Positions 1-13,300 of a stretch of 64,000 bases of DNA are shown here, one piece after another. Position 1 is the first letter of the stretch; each line of letters starts with the position of its first letter. The position numbers were made by a program, and so were the translations under genes. Origin of the DNA: Eledone cirrhosa (taxonomy: Eukaryota); the NCBI GenBank assembly GCA_964016885.1, contig OZ024741.1, positions 219,728,001 through 219,792,000 on the forward strand, written 5' to 3'. The notes beneath the pieces are model-generated. The model was not told where the DNA came from. It saw only the letters and a program-made list of their open reading frames with translations, and did not search any database.

Positions 1-99
1 TCTAAATACATAATAATAATTTTGTGCGACGCTCTACCGATACTGTCACTCTACCACTTTTGTATGCAGAGTAATTATTTATAAAATGTGAGTCGACTT

Positions 100-277
100 T
101 GGCAGTATCAGTAGAGGGTCGAACGCCATGCTTTGCAGCAAGGAGTTACGGCCCTTGTCATTCTGAATTCAAATCCCGCCGAAGTAAACTTCGCCTTTCA
201 TCCTTACGTGGTCGATAAAATAAAGTACCAGTAATGCACTGGGATAATTGCTGGCTTTGTGCCGAAAGTAGAAACAA
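100..277 (+). mobile_element. tRNA-head SINE (octopod-type); further copies ~490-665, 16430-16580, 21440-22060, 23830-23975, 24530-24712, 34565-34700, 45567-45680
   Basis: Shared gagttcaaatcccgccgaggt..tttgcctttcatccttacggggtcgataaaataaagtaccagt core with B-box-like GTTCAAAT. Confidence 0.8.
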
Positions 278-1372
278 TTATATTACATCATTGATACTTC
301 TGATTGAAATGTTTAGGGATTTTACATGCAGGCAGGCTCCCTTAACTCCTGATAGAGTCGTAGGTGCGCCGTAATAATATACGACGTTTCTAGTGTATTT
401 TAGAACTTGGCAGAGCCTTTCTCCTCTCCACATCTGGATACAGTAGATTTCTTCCAGAAAAAGGATTGAAAGGATGAGAAAATGGAAGTGACAAAGAAAT
501 ACAGAGGAAGAATCGACCCCAGTACGAGACTGGTTCATTTTTATCGACCTGGAATGGATGAAAAGCAAAGTTGACATCGCAGGTTTTCAACTCAGAGAAC
601 AGAGAGTTGAAACGAATACAACAAAGCATTCTATCTGACGTTCTAACGACTGCCAATCCGCCACCTTCAGGGATTTTACAATAAACTTAACACATGGAGA
701 TTTACATTGCGTGATTTCAAATTCTACCTTTCCATAGTCTTAACTATATTCAACTGCACGTAACAATGTACAGAATATGAAGATTGACTAAGGCGTCTTA
801 TTAAATTCTTTAGTATTTAATATGCCCTGACTTCAATTCCTACCGAGGTCAATTTTGCTTTCCAGTCTTTTAGGGCCGATAAAGTAAACTACCAATTCAA
901 TGGCCGACACTAACCAGCTTTGGAAAGAACAATGGAAATATTGTTTCTTTGAACACATCTGACAATCGGCTCCCTTCTTTTACTCTCTAATGAAGTAGAG
1001 GTAGAAGTAGAGACTCCCTTTGGTTATGAATGACCATGGGATTTGCACCGAGAAAGTTCCCTTCCGAGGCATAAAATCCGGGCAAAGATTTTATGGAAAA
1101 CCAGCAGGCCCCTATGCATACCAGTCTCCCTTCTCTACGCTACTGATGTTGCCCAAGGGAAAGGAGAAGGCCCATACAGTTTGACAACAGTGACGGTGCA
1201 ATTCATTTCTACAGCTAAGAGAACTGGAACAGCATGATATGAAGTGTGTTGCTCAAAGACACAACGCATCACTCGGTCTGGGAATCGAACTCACAGGATC
1301 ACGTTGGAAACCAAATGCGCTAACAATTAATTAATGCACCTTCAGATTGTAATGAAGTAACATAAAACTTAC

Positions 1373-1540
1373 CAGAGGAGTCGTAATTATAGTTTCCACA
1401 CAATCCTTTAAGGAGGCTACATTTGCTGTGGGTTTCGGTCAAGGTCAAATAAACCGACGCCGCACATCCCATCTTCATTCTTATTCCTAAAGGTTGGTTG
1501 TCAATTCGAATCATTCCATTTTCCTGCGTGATGGTCACAC
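1373..1540 (-). CDS. Host gene exon E (168 nt): VWD end ...LKGLCGNYNYDSS; gene continues beyond the left edge (VWD/EGF protein, SCO-spondin/otogelin/hemolectin-like)
   Basis: GLCGNYN is the hallmark VWD motif; acag acceptor, gtaag donor; phase 1-1, in frame with exon D. Confidence 0.92.
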
Positions 1541-1736
1541 CTGTTTCGAAGACAATATTGTACATTTATTAAGAGAGAGAGAGAGAGAGAGAGAGGGGGG
1601 ATGTAGAGCAAGAGAAAGAGAGGGGTAGAGAGAGGGAATATATAAACCAAGGTCAAATAGTTTGGAAGCCAATCATAAGAAAAATATCTACTCCTACTTT
1701 AGGCTCTCTTTCTCTTTCTCTCTGAGATGATGTGGC

Positions 1737-1948
1737 TGAGTGGTTAGATAATTGGATTCACAATCTTGAGGTTGTGAGTTCGATTCCTGGACCGGGCGAT
1801 GCGCTATATCCTTGAGCAAGACACTTTATTTCACACTGCTCCTTCTACCTGGAGTTGCGACCGATAGATAGTATTAGCAATTGGAAAAAGTGTTACCAAC
1901 GGAAAAAGTGTTCCCCCGGTCCGATTTGACGAAAGTCGATCGTTCCTA

Positions 1949-1950
<2 letters not shown>
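1737..1950 (+). mobile_element. Second tRNA-derived SINE type (related heads at ~1235-1320 minus and 55705-55915 minus)
   Basis: A-box tggctgagtgg and B-box gttcgattcc followed by ccttgagcaagacactttatttcac. Confidence 0.7.
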
Positions 1951-1994
<44 letters not shown>

Positions 1995-1998
<4 letters not shown>

Positions 1999-3884
1999 AA
2001 GAATGAAGAGTAGCATGGTTGGCTGTACAACAAGGGGCTTTATTTCAGGTAATGACAATTACTCCATTGATCAGGTGAGTCTAGGGGTCGCTAATCGCTC
2101 CAAGTTGCGTCACTCGATCTCCATTACATTATTTACCTCTGACCAACTCCTCAGAGTACAAAAACAATTCACTCAAGCAAGATATATATCGAGAAATAGC
2201 GTATAATCAAAACATCAATAATAAAATATATATGATAAATAGGTAGAGAAGTTACAGATGTAAAAAGTAAAAAGTAAAAGATAAGAAAAACGATACAGTA
2301 AAAAAGTAAGAAAATGGAAAAATAATACAAATATAAAGAAATAATGATAAGTGAGAGCATGTAAGTACAAAATATGATAGTGGTGGTGGTGAGTTAGTGT
2401 TCGTATAAGGATTCTGTGGTGGGTTTAGTGCTAACATGAAAAGTCATATTCGAGACATGCATAGATGCGTGTAGAGAGACTGAGGTAGTGACAGATAAAA
2501 GAAAAAGCAATACATTAGAAATTAATTGGGTGATACTAGTATGAGATTTAAGGGCTAAGGGTGGATGGTGAAGGGAGGTTTGACAAATGTGTGTGGTAAA
2601 TCTTTTGCTGATTGTCTTGTCTTAATGGGGTTGAGGGTGAAAGTGATGTTAAGAGATTTATGATCCAGTGACCAGTTGGCCATTTGACAGCTAATAGTGA
2701 TGGTGTGAATTCCATGCGTTAAAATCCAGGTGGTTCAGTTCTAATTTTGGGATTGCTGACTCGAATCATGGTGGTTTGAAATTTGTGAACTTGGTAGCTA
2801 TTTTATGCCTACAGAAAATTGATCTTTCTATTTTGCTGTTAAGCAGCATATTATCGTATCTTAAAATATGGAATAGATCCATATTACAAAGTCCGCAGTG
2901 GGACATCCCATTGCTGTAGGCCGTTGCTTCCGATAATTTTGACCAGCTAATCCTATATTCCTGGTTTATGTTTTTAAGCTGTCAGATTTTATTGGCGATT
3001 ATACGCCGTGAACTGCACAAAAAATACAAAAAACAACAACAGAATCTGCACTCACTAGCATTAATAAGGAAGGACTTAGCATAGTAAACAAACTGAAAAT
3101 ATCTGATAGAACCGAGCCTCTAATCCCTTGTAACCCCACATTTAACCTAAAGGATCACAAAAATAATTTCGAAATGGTCCCCGCATTTAGATTAATATGC
3201 GCATCGAAGTCGGATATAGGTAGAATTAACAATATATACTAGATAGAATAATCGCACAAATCAAGGACAAACTAGTAATTAAGCTATGGGGTAACCCCAA
3301 CGAAGGAATAGACTGGTTCAGCAAAATAGACAGTAGAGAAACATCCAACTTCGTACAGTTCGACATTAATGACTACTACTCATCCATATCCCCAGTCACC
3401 CTATATAAAGCTCTAACCTTTGCCCAGAAAAATTCGGGTCTTACCTTGGACAAATTAAAATAATACTAGCTGCTAGGAGAACTATCATTACATTCGAAAA
3501 TAGTTACTGGGAACGAAAAAACAGACAGAATAGCTTCGATATCACAATGGGATCTAACGACTCAGCACAGGTGGGAATATATATAGCGCACAACTTACAT
3601 AAGGAATTGAATAACCTCCAGGGAGGAATTTATAGAGACGACACACTCCTTTTAGCCAAAAACTTAAATAATCAAAACATGGAAAAATTACGAAAAACAT
3701 CAGTCTTCTTCAACAAACTAAGCCTAGGTATCACTTTCGAACTTAACTCTAAAAAGCAAACTTCTTAAATATAACACTCAACCTAAACACAGGATTAATA
3801 GAGCCCTTCCATAAAAATAACGAGAATCTAGCCTACATTAGTTATAACTCAAACCACCCCCGATCCATAATTTACTCCATAGCA
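1995..3884. mobile_element. Partial PLE: inverted 3' end/pLTR (1995-2998, minus) joined to decayed RT (3000-3884, plus)
   Basis: MGSNDSAQV..GGIYRDD RT motifs; the 1995-2998 segment repeats directly at ~48835-50058. Confidence 0.85.
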
Positions 3885-5765
3885 CAAAGGTTCTCAACGG
3901 GGGCATATGCCTCCCGGGGGGCGTTTCGGAACTCCAGGGGGCGTTTGGGAGCAAGGTCGCGTTAGGGGGGCGTTTGGAATGTGAGGGGGGGGGGGACTAG
4001 GGGGCGCTGGAGACTCTTTAGTTTGGTAAGTTTTAAAACCATATTTGTAAGCCTTTGAGACAGCCAGTGTCAATGCATTTGAATGACGTTGCAGACAGCA
4101 TAACTTTAGTCTGACAGCAGCTGTGAGCAGGTGTGTCAAGACATTAACCGGTAATTGAGATCCTAAAAATTAAAAAACCCACAGTCATCTGGGTCAAGGA
4201 CACTTTGAGCGCAGCCAGTTAGAATTCTATCTTTCCTTCACCGATAACAATATATTTCATGTCTGAAATTATTGACTCAACCGTAACGAGTTAACACTAT
4301 GTAGATCTATTTTATTCCCTATTGTATAAATAATATTACAACTAATAAAAAGAAAGAAAACACAGAAGCGGGTAGCACACACATGTAGGACCACATACAA
4401 CACATAAGCAGGTAATACACGCATCTAGGAGCACATGCAACACATAATGAGGTAGCACACACACATCTAGGACCACATAAAACACACAGGCAGGTAATAC
4501 ATACATCTAGGACCACATACAACACATAAGCAAGTAATACAAACATCTAGGACCACATACAACATATAATCAGGTAATACAAACATCTAGGACCACATAC
4601 AGCACAATCAGGTAATACACACATCTAGGACCACATGCAACACATAAGGAGGTAGCACACACACATCTAGGACCACATAAAACACGCAGGCAGGTAATAC
4701 AAACATCTAGGACAAGATACAACACAATCAGGTAATACATACATCTAGGACCACATTCAACACATAAGGAGGTAATACACACATCTAGGACCACATACAA
4801 CACAAAAGCAGGTAATACATACAGCTGGGACCACATGCAATACATAAGCAGGTAATACATACATCTAGGACTACATACAACACACAGGCAGGTAATACAT
4901 ACATCTAGGACGACATACAACACATATTGTTTCATGAGCTACGGACGACGCAAGAGCAATGGTCGGCCAACATAAGGGCTTCGTATCTCTTCTGAAGAGA
5001 GAAAATCTATCTGTATTTGCTGTTCATTGTGTCATTCATTGACAACACTTGGCTGCGAAGAAATTCAGCAAGCCTCTGAGCAAGTCCTTGCAGGTGGCCA
5101 TTGATGTCATCAATTTTATCAAACGGCATTCCCTCAATGAACGAATTTTCCAGCAACTGTGCCAAGATAATGACGAAGAATTCGTCAAGTTGCTCCTTCA
5201 TACTGAAGTGAGGTGGCTTTCAAAGGGCAAGTGCTTTACTCACTTCTTTGAACTCTTCGACTCTATCATTGAGTTTCTGCGAGGACGCAACACAGAACTG
5301 TACAAGAAACCCTCGATGTGAGGCAAGACTGCGCCTACCTCACCAACATCTTCGACAAATGCAGTAGCGTCATTTTGGCTTTGCAGGGGAAGAAGATCAC
5401 CTTGCTTAAAGCAAGGAATGCTGTGAAAAAATTCCTGGCCAAATTGAATGTCATCGAAAGGAATCTTTGTTGACGGGAATTCTATAATGTTCCTAGTGTC
5501 GCCAATGTTCAAAACATTGTAAGCGATGACCAACTCCAAATTTATACCACTCACCTCCGTGCGCTACACGACAACATGAGAAAACGGTTTGTCGACCTTT
5601 TGGCGATGGACATCCCAATGTGGATAGCAGATGCTTTCATAGCTAACGTCGACGATTTGGACGTTAAATTTCAGGAAGAATCCATTGAACTTCAAGCAGA
5701 TGACATGATCAAAATTAGATTTCCCAAAATAGGTGAATCCCTTTTGGGGATGCAAGAGGAAATTC
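3885..5765 (+). mobile_element. hAT (Charlie/Buster, ZBED5/SCAND3-like transposase) DNA transposon, 3'-truncated copy
   Basis: TIR caaaggttctcaac; HCVIH..LLLHTEVRWLSKG transposase motifs with stops and frameshifts. Confidence 0.88.
4370..4925. repeat. ~39-bp minisatellite inside the hAT element
   Basis: Unit approx. gcaggtaatacatacatctaggaccacatacaacacataa; inverted and longer copy at 52610-53245. Confidence 0.9.
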
Positions 5766-6019
5766 TATATACATACATTGATATATATATACAACCATTT
5801 ATATTTTTATATATTTTTATATCTGTATATCTATTTGACCCGAAATAGGAGGTCGAATCTTCACAGTATGGATGATTAGTTTAACCACCATCTCAGTGTG
5901 TTTGGCCTTTAACGTAAGTTGTAAGTTCTAATTCATTTGAATTATAGAGCGCTTGCCTCACAACTCGAAAGTGTTTCTCGTTAATTCATGGGCTGAAATT
6001 CGATTCTCGCTAATTTTTA

Positions 6020-6056
<37 letters not shown>

Positions 6057-6057
6057 G

Positions 6058-6312
6058 CAAGGGCCTTGTTCCAGGAGGGGGTACCAGGGGACAACACCCC
6101 CGCACTTTTTCAAACGTCTATATTTTATTATTTGTTTATTTGATATAATAAATTCTTTTTAAGCTTATTTTTTATATCTGAACTACATTTAATTAGCGTA
6201 AAATTTCACTTTCGTGATAGGGTCCGGGAAAGGCACTATAAGCAATTTATGCTCTTTTAAGAATCAACAAATATTGGTTTGTCCTCCTCATATTTTAAAG
6301 CAAACGAGGTCC

Positions 6313-6315
<3 letters not shown>
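6058..6315. mobile_element. MITE-like element with short TIRs inside (TA)n
   Basis: caagggccttgttc ... aaacgaggtccctg imperfect inverted termini. Confidence 0.5.
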
Positions 6316-6359
<44 letters not shown>

Positions 6360-6382
6360 ATATGTAGAAAGAGTAACACACT

Positions 6383-6471
<89 letters not shown>

Positions 6472-6679
6472 GAGAGAGAGAGAGCGTGTGCCATCAATAA
6501 AACAGGGAAACCACCAGTGTATGGTGGTTTCCCTGTTTTATTGATGGCACACGCTCTCTCTCTCTCTGGTGTGTTACCCTTTCTACATATTGTATTTTAA
6601 AGAGCTCAGGATTCCTTCTCCTTTGAGCACATTATTTACAGGGAATAACGAGAGTCTATGGCTCCGTTAATTTATCGTG

Positions 6680-6722
<43 letters not shown>

Positions 6723-6834
6723 TAAAAGGAATTCCAACTTTGTCTGATTTACTCGTTTTATTTACAATCCTTTAAAATTTATAATGGTGTTAGAATGAAA
6801 TAGTATGGTAGAATATTAAATGTTAAGTCTTAAT

Positions 6835-6873
6835 TGAACAAGTACTTTCATACATTCGCAATCTTCAGGTTCA
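6835..6873 (-). ncRNA. Minimal hammerhead motif
   Basis: TGAAC-CTGAAGA-ttgcgaatgtat-GAAA-gtac-TT|GTTCA; palindromic stem III. Confidence 0.7.
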
Positions 6874-7010
6874 TATTCTGTGGTGACAGTGTATATTTAT
6901 CTATATATATATAGTTATAGGAATAACCAAAGAGTCCTTGGAAATACATTGTTGTCATACCAAAGGCTATATATCTGCGTGTCTGGGCATATTGATATAT
7001 TTGCCAACGA

Positions 7011-7077
<67 letters not shown>

Positions 7078-7081
<4 letters not shown>

Positions 7082-9206
7082 ACGTCTGCAGCTCAAAGGA
7101 GGTCTTGGAGCGACTACACCATCTGGCGCCCAACACCCGAAAGGACAACGGTTATGCCTTCAGTCTTGATGTGGTCGCCCTTTATACCTCCGTACCAGCA
7201 TCCCCAGCTGTCGACCTGTTGACCGAACGAGTCCGAGCATCTAACTTACACTGCTTCGGACTCACACACACGGATATCCACCAACTCCTCTCCTTCGTTG
7301 TGGATAATGCACTCTTCAATTTCCTCGGCCACACGTACAAACAAATCTCTGGGCTACCTCTGGGCTCTAGTCTGTCCAGCATACTTGCGATCTCGTACAT
7401 GGACCACCTGGAACACAAGGCACTCAATACCTGCCAACCCAACGCCGTCGCCTTCTACTCCAGATACGTTGATGACATCCTGATACTTACTTCTTCCCGG
7501 GAGATGGCGAATGAAATTCAACGATACTGACCATCACGTCGATTTCACCATCGAACACCCAGGAGAAGACGGGTCACTCGCCCTCCTCGACTTCCGTATC
7601 AACATCTCGGAAGAAGGAGACATAAACACCACCTTCTACCGCAAAGCAGCGTGCAAGGACTTATTTGTGTATTATAACTCAGCCCTCCCCAACAACGCTA
7701 AGAGAGGCTATGTCCTAAATGAACTGACACGGATCACTAACAGATGCAGCGACCCGATGGGTGGTCTCACCCATACCACGCAATTCCGTAATCTACTCAG
7801 ATCTAATGGTTATCCCAAGCGACTGATTAACGGAATTAGAGACCCCAGACCCAATAGACAGACACCCACTAGAAACTTAAATAAAAGCAGGTGCTTCTTT
7901 AAAATCCCCCACCTGAGTGAATATACCACGAACGCCATCCGCAGGGCCATACGGACGGAGGGACTTGACATACATTTGGCCCACACAGGACCTTCGCTGC
8001 GAAGATGCCTCTCCAACAAACCCGACGAGTCAGATGGGACGTGTTCCCTCAGCAACTGCCCGATACGGGGGGCAGATTGCCTACGCACCTATGTCGTATA
8101 TAAGATTCAATGCGATAAATGTAACAAGTTTTACATAGGTAGCACCATCCGACCCCTACATGTTCGTATCAAGGAACATATCAACACCAACGCATCTTCC
8201 TTCCGTAAACACATCCTTAAATGCGGAAACCCACAGGGTAGACCCTTGGTCACAGTCCTAGCGACTGAACGCAGCATCGGATCCTTAAGGATAAAGGAAG
8301 CACTTGTTATTAAGAACCTCAGACCCCCACTTAACAACCGGGCTGAGAGAAATGAGCTGACATGGCTAACTTAACCATAGTGACCATTCACAGCCTACGG
8401 CCTGCTATCTTCACACACACGCACGTATATGCATACCCATACGCATACACACACACATCTATATTTATACACGCACACATGTTTTTACAACCTACCACCT
8501 TTCACACCCTTTGATTTCCAGCTTCTACAGCCCACTATCTTTCACACACACACGCACTCACACATATACACACACAGTTACACACACATGTATACCCATA
8601 CGCTTACACACACACATCTATATTTATACACGCACACATGTTTTACAACCTACCACCTTTCACACCCTTTGATTTCCAGCTTCTACAGCCCACTATCTTT
8701 CACACACACACACTCACACATATACACACTTACACTTATACACACACAGTTACACACACATATATATTTACACACACATATCTTACGGCTTTCACACGCT
8801 AGCGCACCCTCTTGATTTAACCCATTTGGTCAGTAGCTTTTGCCACAGCCTATCACGCGCACGCGCATTCTTTCCCTCGTTTAAATTTTAAATAATTTTC
8901 TCCCCATAACGGCATTCCTGTCTTAACGACATCACAACTTTCTCCGCTTGGTCTGTTCCCTCCCCCCCTTTTGGAACTTTCCCCCGTTGATGGGCGTGAG
9001 CCCGAAATATTGGGATTAAATCTCCACTACGGTAACCCTTCTACCTTTGTTTTGTTTTCATCTTTGTCTCTCTCAATTTTCACTTTCACCTGTTTCTCCT
9101 ATCTATCATTCACTTCCTACCTCGAGATTTCCCTCTGCATTGTTGTGGCTTTCTTAACTACGTATTTTACACATTTCGCAATGCTTCAAGCAAACATTAA
9201 CACCCT

Positions 9207-9208
<2 letters not shown>
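7078..9208 (+). mobile_element. 5'-truncated Penelope-like element (RT + GIY-YIG endonuclease, one frameshift ~7515) inserted in (TA)n
   Basis: SLDVVALYTSVP, GLPLGSSLS, YSRYVDD; VVYKIQCDKCNKFYIGST..R..EH..KEALVI..LN GIY-YIG motifs. Confidence 0.92.
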
Positions 9209-9273
<65 letters not shown>

Positions 9274-9276
<3 letters not shown>

Positions 9277-12200
9277 GATAGACATAGAATATTCGAAAAT
9301 ATTCTGTATGTTTATAATAAACATTTTGAAGACCTAATCGCTATACGTCACGTATTACAATTAGATTCTCGATAAAAGCAAGGGAAGTAACCTACGCGTT
9401 TCATTCTTATTAGAAATTTTCAGGATTACATATCCAGTGCTTTTATCGAGAATGACACAGCTAGAGACTTATAGAATACTTAGCTGTGTACAGGAACTGG
9501 TTTGAAAGAGCGGTTGCCGGTCCGGCAGAAATTAGAAATTGGATTAAATGCTCTGAAATAGCGATATATATGTGAAGATAGACATAGAATATTCGAAAAT
9601 ATTCTGTATGTTTATAATAAACATTTTGAAGACCTAATCGCTATAGAATAGAATACGTCACGTATTACAATTAGATTCTCGATAAAAGCAAGGGAAGTAA
9701 CCTACGCGTTTCATTCTTATTAGAAATCTTCAGGATTACATATCCAGTGCTTTTATCGAGAATGACACAGCTAGAGACTTATAGAATACTTAGCTGTGTA
9801 CAGGAACTGGTTTGAAAGAGCGGTTGCCGGTCCGGCAGAAATTAGAAATTGGATTAAATGCTCTGAAATAGCGATATATATGTGAAGATAGACATAGAAT
9901 ATTCGAAAATATTCTGTATGTTTATAATAAACATTTTGAAGACCTAATCGCTATAGAATAGAATACGTCACGTATTACAATTAGATTCTCGATAAAAGCA
10001 AGGGAAGTAACCTACGCGTTTCATTCTTATTAGAAATCTTCAGGATTACATATCCAGTGCTTTTATCGAGAATGACACAGCTAGAGACTTATAGAATACT
10101 TAGCTGTGTACAGGAACTGGTTTGAAAGAGCGGTTGCCGGTCCGGCAGAAATTAGAAATTGGATTAAATGCTCTGAAATAGCGATATATATGTGAAGATA
10201 GACATAGAATATTCGAAAATATTCTGTATGTTTATAATAAACATTTTGAAGACCTAATCGCTATAGAATAGAATACGTCACGTATTACAATTAGATTCTC
10301 GATAAAAGCAAGGGAAGTAACCTACGCGTTTCATTCTTATTAGAAATCTTCAGGATTACATATCCAGTGCTTTTATCGAGAATGACACAGCTAGAGACTT
10401 ATAGAATACTTAGCTGTGTACAGGAACTGGTTTGAAAGAGCGGTTGCCGGTCCGGCAGAAATTAGAAATTGGATTAAATGCTCTGAAATAGCGATATATA
10501 TGTGAAGATAGACATAGAATATTCGAAAATATTCTGTATGTTTATAATAAACATTTTGAAGACCTAATCGCTATAGAATAGAATACGTCACGTATTACAA
10601 TTAGATTCTCGATAAAAGCAAGGGAAGTAACCTACGCGTTTCATTCTTATTAGAAATCTTCAGGATTACATATCCAGTGCTTTTATCAAGAATGACACAG
10701 CTAGAGACTTATAGAATACTTAGCTGTGTACAGGAACTGGTTTGAAAGAGCGGTTGCCGGTCCGGCAGAAATTAGAAATTGGATTAAATGCTCTGAAATA
10801 GCGATATATATGTGAAGATAGACATAGAATATTCGAAAATATTCTGTATGTTTATAATAAACATTTTGAAGACCTAATCGCTATAGAATAGAATACGTCA
10901 CGTATTACAATTAGATTCTCGATAAAAGCAAGGGAAGTAACCTACGCGTTTCATTCTTATTAGAAATCTTCAGGATTACATATCCAGTGCTTTTATCGAG
11001 AATGACACAGCTAGAGACTTATAGAATACTTAGCTGTGTACAGGAACTGGTTTGAAAGAGCGGTTGCCGGTCCGGCAGAAATTAGAAATTGGATTAAATG
11101 CTCTGAAATAGCGATATATATGTGAAGATAGACATAGAATATTCGAAAATATTCTGTATGTTTATAATAAACATTTTGAAGACCTAATCGCTATAGAATA
11201 GAATACGTCACGTATTACAATTAGATTCTCGATAAAAGCAAGGGAAGTAACCTACGCGTTTCATTCTTATTAGAAATCTTCAGGATTACATATCCAGTGC
11301 TTTTATCGAGAATGACACAGCTAGAGACTTATAGAATACTTAGCTGTGTACAGGAACTGGTTTGAAAGAGCGGTTGCCGGTCCGGCAGAAATTTGAAATT
11401 GGATTAAATGCTCTGAAATAGCGATATATATGTGAAGATAGACATAGAATATTCGAAAATATTCTGTATGTTTATAATAAACATTTTGAAGACCTAATCG
11501 CTATAGAACAGAATACGTCACGTATTACAATTAGATTCTCGATAAAAGCAAGGGAAGTAACCTACGCGTTTCATTCTTATTAGAAATCTTCAGGATTACA
11601 TATCCAGTGCTTTTATCGAGAATGACACAGCTAGAGACTTATAGAATACTTAGCTGTGTACAGGAACTGGTTTGAAAGAGCGGTTGCCGGTCCGGCAGAA
11701 ATTAGAAATTGGATTAAATGCTCTGAAATAGCGATATATATGTGAAGATAGACATAGAATATTCGAAAATATTCTGTATGTTTATAATAAACATTTTGAA
11801 GACCTAATCGCTATAGAATAGAATACGTCACGTATTACAATTAGATTCTCGATAAAAGCAAGGGAAGTAACCTACGCGTTTCATTCTTATTAGAAATCTT
11901 CAGGATTACATATCCAGTGCTTTTATCAAGAATGACACAGCTAGAGACTTATAGAATACTTAGCTGTGTACAGGAACTGGTTTGAAAGAGCGGTTGCCGG
12001 TCCGGCAGAAATTAGAAATTGGATTAAATGCTCTGAAATAGCGATATATATGTGAAGATAGACATAGAATATTCGAAAATATTCTGTATGTTTATAATAA
12101 ACATTTTGAAGACCTAATCGCTATAGAATAGAATACGTCACGTATTACAATTAGATTCTCGATAAAAGCAAGGGAAGTAACCTACGCGTTTCATTCTTAT

Positions 12201-13300
12201 TAGAAATCTTCAGGATTACATATCCAGTGCTTTTATCGAGAATGACACAGCTAGAGACTTATAGAATACTTAGCTGTGTACAGGAACTGGTTTGAAAGAG
12301 CGGTTGCCGGTCCGGCAGAAATTAGAAATTGGATTAAATGCTCTGAAATAGCGATATATATGTGAAGATAGACATAGAATATTCGAAAATATTCTGTATG
12401 TTTATAATAAACATTTTGAAGACCTAATCGCTCTAGAATAGAATACGTCACGTATTACAATTAGATTCTCGATAAAAGCAAGGGAAGTAACCTACGCGTT
12501 TCATTCTTATTAGAAATCTTCAGGATTACATATCCAGTGCTTTTATCGAGAATGACACAGCTAGAGACTTATAGAATACTTAGCTGTGTACAGGAACTGG
12601 TTTGAAAGAGCGGTTGCCGGTCCGGCAGAAATTAGAAATTGGATTAAATGCTCTGAAATAGCGATATATATGTGAAGATAGACATAGAATATTCGAAAAT
12701 ATTCTGTATGTTTATAATAAACATTTTGAAGACCTAATCGCTATAGAACAGAATACGTCACGTATTACAATTAGATTCTCGATAAAAGCAAGGGAAGTAA
12801 CCTACGCGTTTCATTCTTATTAGAAATCTTCAGGATTACATATCCAGTGCTTTTATCGAGAATGACACAGCTAGAGACTTATAGAATACTTAGCTGTGTA
12901 CAGGAACTGGTTTGAAAGAGCGGTTGCCGGTCCGGCAGAAATTAGAAATTGGATTAAATGCTCTGAAATAGCGATATATATGTGAAGATAGACATAGAAT
13001 ATTCGAAAATATTTTGTATGTTTATAATAAACATTTTGAAGACCTAATCGCTATAGAATAGAATACGTCACATATTACAATTAGATTCTCGATAAAAGCA
13101 AGGGAAGTAACCTACGCGTTTCATTCTTATTAGAAATCTTCAGGATTACATATCCAGTGCTTTTATCGAGAATGACACAGCTAGAGACTTATAGAATACT
13201 TAGCTGTGTACAGGAACTGGTTTGAAAGAGCGGTTGCCGGTCCGGCAGAAATTAGAAATTGGATTAAGTGCTCTGAAATAGCGATATATATGTGAAGATA
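9274..13300 (-). repeat. Tandem array of 13 units (first 300 bp, then 12 x 310 bp), each with a hammerhead ribozyme; retrozyme-like array
   Basis: gaagatagacatag recurs at 9274, 9574, 9884, 10194 ... 12984 and the array ends at 13300; units differ by only scattered single substitutions; starts in (TA)n. Confidence 0.95.
9697..9739 (-). ncRNA. Minimal type I hammerhead ribozyme (representative; repeats every 310 bp)
   Basis: Minus strand GTAATC-CTGAAGA-TTTCT AATA AGAAT-GAAA-CGCG-TA|GGTTAC; stem I GTAATC/GGTTAC, palindromic stem III ACGCGT, GUA cleavage triplet; 16-bp distal stem attctcgataaaagca/tgcttttatcgagaat (9675-9763). Confidence 0.9.

Noticed and set aside
1737-1800. tRNA gene
   Set aside because: A/B boxes belong to a SINE head; no complete cloverleaf.
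4370-4925. ~39-bp repeats as CRISPR or as Cys/Val-rich ORFs
   Set aside because: Contiguous degenerate minisatellite inside a hAT element.
8979-9016. HHR-like ccgttgat-gggc gtga gccc-gaaatatt in PLE 3' UTR
   Set aside because: Two core mismatches and almost no stem III; probably a relic, not called as a ribozyme.
9274-13300. CRISPR-like array or coding repeat
   Set aside because: No unique spacers, no cas genes, eukaryotic context; whole 310-bp units repeat and carry stops.
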